Both the position numbers and the translations under genes were made by a program. Source: Coriobacteriaceae bacterium (GTDB taxonomy: Bacteria > Actinomycetota > Coriobacteriia > Coriobacteriales > Coriobacteriaceae). Taken from it: a stretch of DNA of 64,000 bases. This document shows, in pieces, positions 33,073 to 41,961 of this stretch; positions within the stretch are counted from its first letter, which is position 1, and every line of letters starts with the position of its first letter. The notes beneath the pieces are model-generated. The model was given only the letters and a program-made list of their open reading frames with translations, searched no databases and was not told where the DNA came from. Location: NCBI GenBank assembly GCA_902835305.1, contig CADFMD010000002.1:63374-127373 (forward strand). Direction: 5' to 3'.

Positions 33073-33498
33073 TTACTCAGCAGCCTCGGTGGTCTCGGCC
33101 TCGGCAGCGGCCTCCTCGACGGGAGCCTCTGCGGGAGCCTCGGCGGCCTGCTTGGCAGCCTCCTCGGCGAACTTAGCAGCACGCTTAGCCTTCTCGGCAG
33201 CCTTAGCCTCAGCGGCGGCCTTGCGAGCGGCCTCGGCCTCAGCAGCCTTGGCGGCCTTGGCAGCCTTGGCCTCCTCAGCCTTCTTGAGCTGGGCGGCAGC
33301 GGCGCCACCGAACTTGTCGGCGAAGCGCTGGACGCGTCCACCGGTGTCGACGAACTTCTGCTGGCCGGTGTAGAACGGGTGGCACTCGTTGCAAAGCTCG
33401 ACCTTCATCTCGGACACGGTAGCGTGCGTCTTGAAGGTGTTGCCGCAGGAGCACGTCACCGTGCACTCGACATACTGGGGATGGATACCCTGCTTCAT
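33073..33498 (-). CDS. rpmE: 50S ribosomal protein L31 (zinc-ribbon form) carrying a ~70-aa Ala/Lys/Glu-rich C-terminal tail
   Basis: [29 protein letters not shown] core; RBS AGGAG; terminator-like hairpin plus T-tract at ~33005-33045. Confidence 0.85.
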   Translation of the reverse strand: MKQGIHPQYVECTVTCSCGNTFKTHATVSEMKVELCNECHPFYTGQQKFVDTGGRVQRFADKFGGAAAAQLKKAEEAKAAKAAKAAEAEAARKAAAEAKAAEKAKRAAKFAEEAAKQAAEAPAEAPVEEAAAEAETTEAAE

Positions 33499-33721
33499 GG
33501 TAGGACTCCTTATTGGTCAGGCGCTGGTTACCGATCAGCGCATAAGGCGTCTTGGTTTCCGACCAAGACAACAAACTCGGCTATGGTACCACGGCGCCGC
33601 GCGTCCCACAAAAGGTTCACGGTCTTTTCGGAACGACACGAATCTGACCCATCGAAACACATCTCCACCGTTCCTTCAACTGGGAAAATGCCGTCCCCGG
33701 GGCCTGAGAAGGGCCCCGGGG

Positions 33722-33786
33722 ACGTTCGACTGACTGCGGGAACGGCCTTTCCGCTCAATGTGTTCGGCTGAGATCGGAAATCAACC
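33722..33786 (+). repeat. 65-bp direct repeat, copy 1 (left boundary of the 33.8-41.4 kb islet)
   Basis: 62 of 65 nt identical to 41351-41415: (a/g)cgttcg(a/g)ctgactgcgggaacggcct(t/g)tccgctcaatgtgttcggctgagatcggaaatcaacc. Confidence 0.85.
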
Positions 33787-33865
33787 AAACTGAACTAGGT
33801 TCAGTTGACATGGTTAAAAACGAGGGGCGACGCTTTTGCGTCACCCCTCGTCCCGGCCGGTTGCT

Positions 33866-34219
33866 TTAGTTGTACACACGGTAGTTACACTTGAACTGGG
33901 TTATGTGTCCATAGTTTGAGCCGTACCAACCCGATGTATAGCTGATTGCCTCTGCGCCTAGATAGTCGTAGCCCTTGTTGTAGCGAAGCTGACGGTAGGT
34001 CGTGTCGTACTCTGCTACGTAAAACGTGTCTCCAGAGAAGGCTTTGTACCGGTCCTTAACCGTCGAAGCCATGTACGCGGGTTCGACATCGCCTTTCTCC
34101 CCGTTGAGCGCATAGACGGGTGCCGCGATTCCGCATAAAGCCGTTGCCACGAGGATGGCGTAGACAGCCATGCGCGACGCATTGGACTTCAGCTGTTCAA
34201 ATAGTTTCATGTCATTCAC
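33866..34219 (-). CDS. Small secreted Tyr/Gly-rich protein (signal peptide plus ~85-aa mature part); candidate bacteriocin-like peptide
   Basis: N-terminal hydrophobic h-region ending ..PVYA; mature part YNKGYDYLGAEAISYTSGWYGSNYGHITQFKCNYRVYN; overlaps the upstream permease gene by 8 nt. Confidence 0.6.
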   Translation of the reverse strand: MNDMKLFEQLKSNASRMAVYAILVATALCGIAAPVYALNGEKGDVEPAYMASTVKDRYKAFSGDTFYVAEYDTTYRQLRYNKGYDYLGAEAISYTSGWYGSNYGHITQFKCNYRVYN

Positions 34220-36026
34220 CTCCCTCGTATGTATCGAGGTATTCCTGCTTGAGCGTCTGCGAGGACGACTTGATCTTTTCCACGAGCGTGCCGGCCTCGA
34301 TGAAGTAGAACGAGTTGGTGAGGTCTGCCAGGTCGTCGAGCAGATGGCTTGAAATGAGCACGCTTCGTCCCCGCGCCACCTCGCTGCGCATCGCGTCGCA
34401 GGAGGTTTTCCGCTTTCCCGGATCGAGGCCGTTCAGCGGTTCATCGAGGATGAGGTACGGGCAATCGGTCGATATCGCCATGGCAAGCTTTACCTGCTGC
34501 TTCATTCCTGTCGAGAGTTTACGGGTCGGCTTGTCGAGATATGGGGAGATTCCGAGGGAGTCGCAGAGCGAGTCGATGTCGGCGGCCGATTTCCACGCCT
34601 CCCTAACGAAAGCAAGGTGCTCGATGGCCGATAGCGTGGGATAGAGATCCGCGCCGCCCGAAGAGCTCAGGTAGACGAGTTCTGCAAATTCGGCTGATCG
34701 ACGTTGGCAGATTCCGTCTGCCGCCAGGCTTCCCGAGCGGATGCGGGCGGGAAATTGGCCCGACAGCGCTTCAAGAAGGGTGGTTTTCCCCGAGCCGTTG
34801 GGAGCAACGAGGCCCGCCGCCGTTCCCGGGCTCAGGAAAAGCGACCCGATTGAAAGTATCGTCGTGCTTCCGTATCCCACGCTCGCGTCCAGAAGCTCGA
34901 GCCCATGGTGCTTTTTCGCGGGTCCGGGCTGTTTGGGGGAACGTGTCGCAACGGCGCCGACCGCAAAAAAGACCGCGACGTATGCCAGGGCCACGGCAAG
35001 CATCGATGCGCTGCCTGAACCGGAGCCGATGAATTCTGTCGGGAAGCATCCTACGTAACCCGTTGCCTCGATAGGCGAGAATACGGCCAGCGGCAGGAGA
35101 TTGAGCGCGGCGTTATGCTCCAGTGCCGAATCGGACAGTAACGGGAATGCCGGGGCCGCGACAAGCAGCGCGGAGGTAAGGGGGCCCGCGAGGACGCGCC
35201 TCGTTGCGGTCGATAGGACGGCGGAGCAAACGGATATCAAGGTTCCGCCCGCAAGCAGCGCGAGAAGCAGGGCTGTGAAGACGTTTCCCGCGGTCGTGGT
35301 GGTAAGCGCGCCGTCATGGAAGAAGGCGATCGGGTACCCAATTTGCCCGAAGCCGTTTAGGGCCAAGGCGTAAATGCCCCCGGGTGCGAGGCCGGCGAGG
35401 AGCATCGCGGTCCCCGCGGCGATTATCGAAAACACGATCTGGATAAGGCGCCGGAATTTGGGCACGGGCGCCTTCGCCGCCAGGGTCGCAGGCCTTGTGG
35501 CCCCGAGCAGGAGTATCGACGAGAGAAGGAAGGGAATGAAGGGAAGGAAAGACGGCGCCGTGGCAATGGCGTAAGGCAGGAAGGAAAGGAATGGCAGGTC
35601 GTTTGCGGAGGCCGGGATATCCGTGATGCCGGAACTGCTCAGGGCACGGCAATATGCGAGCGCCGCGTCATTGGTCTCTCGGTCTCCCACGATGGACCCG
35701 GATTGGAAGCCTTCGCCCATGAGCGCGTAGTAGCTCTCGGCAGAATCGAGAAAGGCGGCGTCGGTTTGAGCGGCAAGGGCGGCGTTCGCGTATCTTGCAA
35801 GCTCCGCGTCGACTTGCTGCTCTGGAGATAGGTCTGTGCCGCTGGCCTGGGGCGCGCGCGTATTGAATGCGTCGACAAAGCTCTGCATGCCCTGTTTCAT
35901 AAAGAAGGGCCCGTAGATGGGTGAATTGAACGCAATGGGGACGGAAAAGGCTGCAGCGAGAACGAGCGTACAAATCCATACGGCCTTGTCTCTTAGGATT
36001 AGTTTGAGAAGAAGTCGACAGTACAT
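34212..36026 (-). CDS. Fused polytopic membrane protein (~390 aa) plus ABC ATPase (~210 aa)
   Basis: N-terminal half with multiple TM helices; C-terminal Walker A GLVAPNGSGKTT, signature LSTGMKQQ, Walker B LILDEP. Confidence 0.75.
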   Translation of the reverse strand: MYCRLLLKLILRDKAVWICTLVLAAAFSVPIAFNSPIYGPFFMKQGMQSFVDAFNTRAPQASGTDLSPEQQVDAELARYANAALAAQTDAAFLDSAESYYALMGEGFQSGSIVGDRETNDAALAYCRALSSSGITDIPASANDLPFLSFLPYAIATAPSFLPFIPFLLSSILLLGATRPATLAAKAPVPKFRRLIQIVFSIIAAGTAMLLAGLAPGGIYALALNGFGQIGYPIAFFHDGALTTTTAGNVFTALLLALLAGGTLISVCSAVLSTATRRVLAGPLTSALLVAAPAFPLLSDSALEHNAALNLLPLAVFSPIEATGYVGCFPTEFIGSGSGSASMLAVALAYVAVFFAVGAVATRSPKQPGPAKKHHGLELLDASVGYGSTTILSIGSLFLSPGTAAGLVAPNGSGKTTLLEALSGQFPARIRSGSLAADGICQRRSAEFAELVYLSSSGGADLYPTLSAIEHLAFVREAWKSAADIDSLCDSLGISPYLDKPTRKLSTGMKQQVKLAMAISTDCPYLILDEPLNGLDPGKRKTSCDAMRSEVARGRSVLISSHLLDDLADLTNSFYFIEAGTLVEKIKSSSQTLKQEYLDTYEGGE

Positions 36027-36179
36027 TTGGAAGCACCTACGTTCCTCAAAGAATCGTTAGATTAAAAGTAACAGACCGGATGAAGATACGTGCGACGGGG
36101 GCGAGGCGAATGGCTGAGCGGTATCGATACGCGGGTTCAACGGTATCACATTGGCCACATAGATTTTTAACTTGCATTT

Positions 36180-36929
36180 CTACCCGCCCTTTTCGTAGAG
36201 TCGCCGATACGTGCTTAGCGCACCCTCGGCGCGTCCGGCAGGCTTTGCGAAATGGGATCCAGGAGACTTCGGCGCAGCATCATCTTGCGGAATGCTTCTA
36301 ATGAGCCTCCCATCCTTCAAAAACAGAATCTCATCGCACAGCCTATCGACCGAATCCAAGATGTGGGATGACATGATGATGCACGTACCAGAATCGGCCA
36401 GCTTCCTGAGAATCTCGGAATGCAAGTCCACCCTGCTGGGGTCGAGCGCGTTCATGGGCTCATCTAATAGAAGGTACCGCGCGCCCGTCGCATACGCAAT
36501 CGCCAGAGTAAGCTGCTGCTTCATGCCCTGGCTCAGAGTGCGGATCCTCATCTTCGCGAACTCGCCTATCTGCGTTTGTTCCACTATCTCTTCGATATCG
36601 CGAGCATGCGGCCACATATCGCAAACCATCTTGAGGTGATCTTCCGCACGCAATCCGGGATACAGCAGCGTCCCCTCACCAGGTGCATAGAAGATCATAG
36701 AACGGACCTCTCTCGCACCCGTACCCTGCACCTCATCCAGAACGATGCTCCCGTCCACGCGAGGACCCGGCAAACCTGCCATCGCACGCAGCAACGTCGT
36801 CTTTCCATGCCCGTTCGGAGCGACGAGACCGTAGACCGTACCCGGGGCAAACTCAGCGTTCACCGAATCTACGAGCACCTTCTTTCCATAAGAGATCGTC
36901 AGCGTTTGAAGGTCAATCATCGAGATCAT
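36180..36929 (-). CDS. ABC transporter ATP-binding protein
   Basis: Walker A GLVAPNGHGKTT, signature LSQGMKQQ, Walker B LLLDEP; overlaps the upstream permease stop by 4 nt. Confidence 0.85.
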   Translation of the reverse strand: MISMIDLQTLTISYGKKVLVDSVNAEFAPGTVYGLVAPNGHGKTTLLRAMAGLPGPRVDGSIVLDEVQGTGAREVRSMIFYAPGEGTLLYPGLRAEDHLKMVCDMWPHARDIEEIVEQTQIGEFAKMRIRTLSQGMKQQLTLAIAYATGARYLLLDEPMNALDPSRVDLHSEILRKLADSGTCIIMSSHILDSVDRLCDEILFLKDGRLIRSIPQDDAAPKSPGSHFAKPAGRAEGALSTYRRLYEKGG

Positions 36930-39214
36930 CCCCTTTCGATCTTTGGAACACTCAGGCGCACCATCAACGGAGATACGGCGCCCAAGACCACCAGCAGAGC
37001 GCCCGATGCGCCGACGACCTCTCCAAAAGGCATCGCGTTCGTCCCTCGCCCAAGGAACCCAATCGTCCCCACCTGGGAAGCGGGATCAAACGAGGCGAAT
37101 GGAGCCAGCAGCGCGACGCCCATGCCCACGCTTTCAACATGAGCGCTCAACGAACCCAACACCAAGAGAACCGCGCAAACCATTCCGGTGACAACGGGGT
37201 TGCGGCTAATCGCTGCTGTCAACGCAGCGACGACGGAAATCACGCCGTATGCCATGACCAGCAACGGAATACTGCACAACACCGCCTCCCCCACCATGGA
37301 CGTTGTCGAAGCTCCCGCCCGAATGAGAGCGACGGGATACTCCGATCCACCCGCACCGTTCTTAATCACGGACACAACGACAGCGGGAACCATCGACACC
37401 AAAAGCAGCACCAAGCCAAGCAGGAGAGCCAGCGCAACAGCCGTCAGAAAACGCACATGCGCTGTTGCGGGGATCTGGAGAACCAGAAGGGAACGACACT
37501 GCAGGTGGGTGCACGCGAGCGATGTGACAACCACGGGCAACAGCAAAAATAAGGAGGGAAGCGCTGCCTGGAGATACGAAAGGAGGATTAATGGGGGCAT
37601 CTTCGTACTTAACTCGTAAACCTTGGGGTCCGGCAAGCTCGCGATCGACTCAAGCAGAAGGGCGCGCGCCTCCGCACGAGAAGGAGTCTCCGGCTCGATT
37701 CCAATCGATTGCAGGAGAGTCGCATCTGCCGCGCCCAGCTCACCTCGAGCGCGCTCGTACGTCGCAAGGCTTCGAAACCCCTCCGCAGGCATAGGCGCGT
37801 ACACGAAACCCGAAAGAGCATCCCGCATGTCTTCCAGGGCCGCTTTGCCCTCGACGTCCATATTCGCAGCGTTCTGCTCTAGATACCGATCTATTGAACG
37901 GAGCTCCCCATCCCTATACCGAACAGCGGAAACGTTATCAGCGTCAGGAAACATCTCGACCAGAGCCGGGGCCAGCATCGTCGTCGACATTGCAATCGCG
38001 CATACGGCGAGGGTAGGAGAACGCAGGAGCAGTTTCCCCATCGTTCTTACGTATGCAACGGCGGAGGCACAAGCGCTCGAACGAGTTGCCGTTCTCGATG
38101 CAGTGAAGGAACCTCTCTCAAGACAAATCGGGGATATCGGGCACGCGCAGCCGCTCTTTCCAGCAACGCAAAGCAGGCTAATTGCCAGCACCTCGATCCC
38201 GATTGCGCATACGAGGGCAATCGCGCCACGCTCGAAGCAAAGTCCAGGCAGATTCACTATCTGCGTTGTCGGGTACGGGCTATAGGCGCCGACGGTCAAC
38301 TCAGTGTTCGCATACGTAAGGGGATTCAACAGGGCGAACTCACGTAAAGCGATGGATCTTCCGTAATACCCGGGAACCATCGTCACCCCCATCAGGGCAC
38401 ATACGAACACGATTCCAAGCGTAGGGTTATTGGCAATCTTCACGGCAAGGTGAACGACAAGCGAGATGAACGCTGCCACCAAGAATTGCAAGATGGCCGT
38501 CTGCGCGAACACCAGCCAAGCCGGTTTGATAACCGGAGTCGCATATTGAATGTAGCCTATCGGATAGAACGGCGAGCCCGGGCCATTCTTCACAAGCGCG
38601 GCGATTATCCCTGGAAGATTGATGGCGAGGACGGCAAGCATTGCAAAAACACTCGCCCATACGCTCGATGCAACAAGTCTACCCAGCTCGCCCATCGGTG
38701 CCTGGATGATGAGCTTTTCACATTTGTTAAGACGCGCGGCAAGGAACGAGACGGCAACGGCCGTTGCGACCCATAGCAAGTACTCCTTCGATCCGTCATA
38801 ATAGGTGTACTCTCCATCCGATATCTGCAGAAACGGAAGTAGGGGAGAGAGCGGTGCCAAGATAAGACGTCCCGCGGCAAGAGGGTACAGAAGCGCGGGC
38901 ATGCTTGATGAAGAGGTATAGACACCGTCCTCCCCCGCATTCACAAGCGCATCCGCATAGGATGCTGACAATTCCTGCTCAACACGGGTTATTCCCGACT
39001 CGAGGTATTCGACCCGTCCGTCGATGCCAGCCGCGCTCCTGAAGACGGGCAGAGCACAAAGAACCATCAACGCAACAACGACAACACAGAGCGACCTGGA
39101 GGAGAGAAGCGACCTAAAGATCGCCTTCGAGATTTTGAGCATATTCATCGCCAACCTTAACCTCATCCAGTCGGAACAGAGGGGCCGAACAAAATGCTCG
39201 GCCCTTCCTCGCAT
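36926..39214 (-). CDS. Large polytopic membrane protein (762 aa, internally duplicated) of the kind found as immunity/permease partners in lactococcin-972-type loci
   Basis: Two similar halves, each with an N-terminal TM, a soluble region and a multi-helix bundle; no nucleotide-binding motifs. Confidence 0.65.
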   Translation of the reverse strand: MRGRAEHFVRPLCSDWMRLRLAMNMLKISKAIFRSLLSSRSLCVVVVALMVLCALPVFRSAAGIDGRVEYLESGITRVEQELSASYADALVNAGEDGVYTSSSSMPALLYPLAAGRLILAPLSPLLPFLQISDGEYTYYDGSKEYLLWVATAVAVSFLAARLNKCEKLIIQAPMGELGRLVASSVWASVFAMLAVLAINLPGIIAALVKNGPGSPFYPIGYIQYATPVIKPAWLVFAQTAILQFLVAAFISLVVHLAVKIANNPTLGIVFVCALMGVTMVPGYYGRSIALREFALLNPLTYANTELTVGAYSPYPTTQIVNLPGLCFERGAIALVCAIGIEVLAISLLCVAGKSGCACPISPICLERGSFTASRTATRSSACASAVAYVRTMGKLLLRSPTLAVCAIAMSTTMLAPALVEMFPDADNVSAVRYRDGELRSIDRYLEQNAANMDVEGKAALEDMRDALSGFVYAPMPAEGFRSLATYERARGELGAADATLLQSIGIEPETPSRAEARALLLESIASLPDPKVYELSTKMPPLILLSYLQAALPSLFLLLPVVVTSLACTHLQCRSLLVLQIPATAHVRFLTAVALALLLGLVLLLVSMVPAVVVSVIKNGAGGSEYPVALIRAGASTTSMVGEAVLCSIPLLVMAYGVISVVAALTAAISRNPVVTGMVCAVLLVLGSLSAHVESVGMGVALLAPFASFDPASQVGTIGFLGRGTNAMPFGEVVGASGALLVVLGAVSPLMVRLSVPKIERG

Positions 39215-39592
39215 CTAGTAGGTGCTATAGACAAATTGCCATTTATCAGTTGTGCCAAGAACACCACAGGAGCACATTGCAGCGAGGCGGGATTCCCTAT
39301 GATGCGCGGATCGGCGATAGCCATTTCGGTAGGAGATCGTCTTGTAAGAGATGTTGAACATCGAGATGCTGTGCCCGCTTACGCCGCGAGGACAGCTGTA
39401 GCTCCAGTAGGTATCGACGACGTCGTCCGTATACCCGAGGGGCTCAACGAGGGCACACTGGCTGCTCTCCTGGGAAGGAGGCATCGGGGTATCCGCAAAA
39501 GCGGGGGCTCCCGGCAGCAACAGACAAAGAGCGAGGCCGAGGAAAACCAAGAGCTTACACGACTTAACAGTACTGAACATAATCCTCTCCAA
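39215..39592 (-). CDS. Small secreted Cys/Tyr-rich protein (signal peptide plus ~95-aa mature part); candidate bacteriocin-like peptide
   Basis: Signal peptide LLVFLGLALCLLLPGAPAFA, then a mature region with 5 Cys and many Tyr/Trp; lies directly 5' of the 762-aa membrane protein gene. Confidence 0.6.
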   Translation of the reverse strand: MERIMFSTVKSCKLLVFLGLALCLLLPGAPAFADTPMPPSQESSQCALVEPLGYTDDVVDTYWSYSCPRGVSGHSISMFNISYKTISYRNGYRRSAHHRESRLAAMCSCGVLGTTDKWQFVYSTY

Positions 39593-39698
39593 TCTAGAGG
39601 GGTTTCGGTTACAGTATGCTGTGATTACTTGCCGGCAAAGTCAATTTAACATAAACTGTTAAAAAGTAACCTGAGTTTTTTAAATTCTTCGGAGGTTA

Positions 39699-40213
39699 TT
39701 ATGAGTTCCGACAATCGCACTCCCCGGCTTCATTCCTTCCGCATCGCATGTGCGATAGCCTCTGCGACCCTTTGCGCCACCGCCATCGCACAAGTGGCGT
39801 TCTCCTTAAAGCCAGCAATCGAAGTGCTCGACAACCCTGTAATTGCAGACTCCCCCGCGTATCCAGCCCTTGCGATCTCGACATTGGTCCCTGCCGTCAT
39901 CGGTATCGCTACGACCATCCTCAGCGCCGTTCTCGTGTGGACGATCAAGAGCGGAGACCCCTTCAAGAAAGGGTCTGCGACATGCTTGAAGGTGCTCGGC
40001 ATTCTCTTCGTTGTTCAAGCTGCCACCAGCCTCTACGCCGGCTCACTCAAAACCTCCGTTTCGATGTTTGGCGGCGAGGGGGCCGTCGGCGCCCAAGAGA
40101 TCGCTTCATCATTCGATTGGACCTCTCTGGTTCTCGGCATCGTCCTGTTCATGCTTTCCCAGCTCTTCTTGTACGCCCGAGAGCTGTACCTCGACTCCGA
40201 CGAGATTGCGTAA
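39699..40213 (+). CDS. DUF2975-type membrane protein, the usual partner of YozG-like HTH regulators
   Basis: Four TM helices in the characteristic arrangement; followed 9 nt later by the XRE regulator. Confidence 0.6.
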
Positions 40214-40222
40214 GGAAACGCC

Positions 40223-40474
40223 ATGCCCGTAATTGTTCGCCTCGACAAGATCATGGCCGAGCGAAAGATTTCCTCGAACGAACTTGCCGAAAGGATTGGA
40301 ACCACGCCCGTGAACCTGTCCCGTATTAAAAAAGGGCATATTCGCGGCATTCGCTTCAACACACTCGAGCAGCTATGCCTCGCCCTTCGTTGCCAACCCG
40401 GAGACCTTCTCGAAGTCATGAGCGAAGAGGATGCCCGAAAGGAGTTCGGACTCGATTGGTCCGCCGAGGATTAG
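40223..40474 (+). CDS. XRE-family (YozG-like) helix-turn-helix transcriptional regulator
   Basis: MPVIVRLDKIMAERKISSNELAERIGTTPVNLSRIKKG..IRFNTLEQLCLAL matches the YozG consensus. Confidence 0.85.
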   Translation: MPVIVRLDKIMAERKISSNELAERIGTTPVNLSRIKKGHIRGIRFNTLEQLCLALRCQPGDLLEVMSEEDARKEFGLDWSAED

Positions 40475-41200
40475 AGGGCGGTCGTACTCGCCCTGCACAC
40501 GGGGATGCGAATCGGCGAGGTCTGCGGCCTTCGGTGGTGCGATGTGGATTTCGAGACGGGCCTGATCTCGATCAGACACTCGGTGGCGTACGCGAAGGGA
40601 ATGGGTTCGTTCATCAAGGACACCAAGACCCATGACGCCAGGGGTATCCCCATCGACCCGGTCGGCCTACTCCCCTTCCTGAAGGAGACCCACGAGATCG
40701 ACTGCGGAAAGCTGCGCTTGCGCGGCCTTACCGGGGCGGTCGAGATCGGGGACTGCTACATCCTGTCGGAGCCGGGCGCGACCTTCGCGACGACAAGCTA
40801 TATCCGCAGGGCGTTCAAGACGTTCTCGGAGACCAACGGCCTCATGGGCACCAACGACGAGCTGATCACGTTCCACGGCCTTCGCCACACGTTCGCAACG
40901 CAGTGGATCCGCCAAGGCGGCGATATCAAGGCGCTCCAATCGATCCTCGGCCACAAGGACGCCATGGCGACGCTCAACGTCTACGCCGACATCGAGCCCA
41001 TCTCCAAAATCCATAACATGCTGCGCGCCACGCCGTGCCTTTGGCGCGGGCACCTCGGGCCGAGGGTCGATCCGGGTCCCATGTTCCAACAGAGGATCCA
41101 GGAGTCCATCGAGACGCTCCAGGCGTTCGGCTACGGCATCACCGAGCCGGACGACCGAAATATCGCCATACGCGACGTGAAGACGAACAGTTGGCTCTAG
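40475..41200 (+). pseudogene. Tyrosine recombinase (phage-type integrase), catalytic domain only; the N-terminal ~150 aa are missing
   Basis: ALHTGMRIGE (Arg I), HGLRHTFAT (H-x-x-R), LGHKD, ATLNVYAD (Tyr nucleophile); reading frame continues straight from the XRE gene across a single TAG at 40472-40474. Confidence 0.75.
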
Positions 41201-41350
41201 CTCACCGAGTACGCGGCAGTGCTGGGCCCATCCCAACTGAGGTCACGGTGGTCCGATAGGGGCGCCGCCCGCGGCATGCGCCGCGGAGCGGTATCCCCTA
41301 CCGAAGGGCGGGGATGCCCTCCGCTTCCAGTTCGGAATCAGCCGTCGGAG

Positions 41351-41415
41351 GCGTTCGGCTGACTGCGGGAACGGCCTGTCCGCTCAATGTGTTCGGCTGA
41401 GATCGGAAATCAACC
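41351..41415 (+). repeat. 65-bp direct repeat, copy 2 (right boundary of the islet, 150 nt past the integrase remnant)
   Basis: See 33722-33786. Confidence 0.85.
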
Positions 41416-41596
41416 CAACACGAGCCGGACACGCGCCAGACGGCTCTTCCCCGTGCGGCCTTCCCCCTTACGCTCATGTTGCAGGCATGTAACGCCGCAG
41501 CGAGCGCGCCTTTTTTGCGCCAGACAGGTACAATGATGAACACTGTACCGTAGCGGAGCGCCCCGCGCGCGCCGCAATCACGCGAAAGGGTTTCCC

Positions 41597-41884
41597 ATGG
41601 CCGAGATCTCGTCCTCCCGTATCGTCATCACCGTCCTTGGCAAGAACCGCCCCGGCATCGTCGCCGGCGTCACCCGTGTCCTAGGCGAGGCCAACGTCGA
41701 CATCCGCGACATCACGCAGTCCATTATCGAGGACATCTTCACCATGACCATGCTGGCCGATACCGCCGAGTCCAAGCTCGACTTCGCCGAGCTGCAGAAG
41801 GCGCTGGCCGAGGCCGGCGAGCTTTCGGGCGTCAACGTGTCCATCCAGCGCGAGGACGTCTTTAACTTTATGTACCGCCTGTAG
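41597..41884 (+). CDS. ACT-domain protein (UPF0237 family)
   Basis: RIVITVLGKNRPGIVAGVTRVLGEANVDIRDITQ is the ACT fold signature; 95 aa. Confidence 0.75.
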   Translation: MAEISSSRIVITVLGKNRPGIVAGVTRVLGEANVDIRDITQSIIEDIFTMTMLADTAESKLDFAELQKALAEAGELSGVNVSIQREDVFNFMYRL

Positions 41885-41961
41885 CGAGCAGGCCGCTGGG
41901 AATAGCCTGACACGCGCATGCCCATGCAGGCCACCCCGATGCGGCCCGGAGAGGAGCGCGC

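Noticed and set aside
33528-33788. Small minus-strand ORFs 33528-33788 and 41298-41543 sharing VDFRSQPNTLSG(K/Q)AVPAVSRT
   Set aside because: The shared peptide is simply the translation of the 65-bp direct repeat. The ORFs have no RBS or coding context and sit in the rpmE leader and the islet boundary, so they are better read as DNA or RNA-level repeats.
34212-36026. Splitting the 604-aa ORF into separate permease and ATPase genes
   Set aside because: There is no in-frame stop and no obvious internal start with an RBS between the membrane domain and the Walker A region. It is kept as a fusion, though a sequencing frameshift cannot be excluded.
40667-41236. 189-aa minus-strand ORF overlapping the integrase fragment
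   Set aside because: It is antisense to a region with clear integrase catalytic motifs. Its Arg/Asp/Leu-rich low-complexity translation makes it a shadow ORF.
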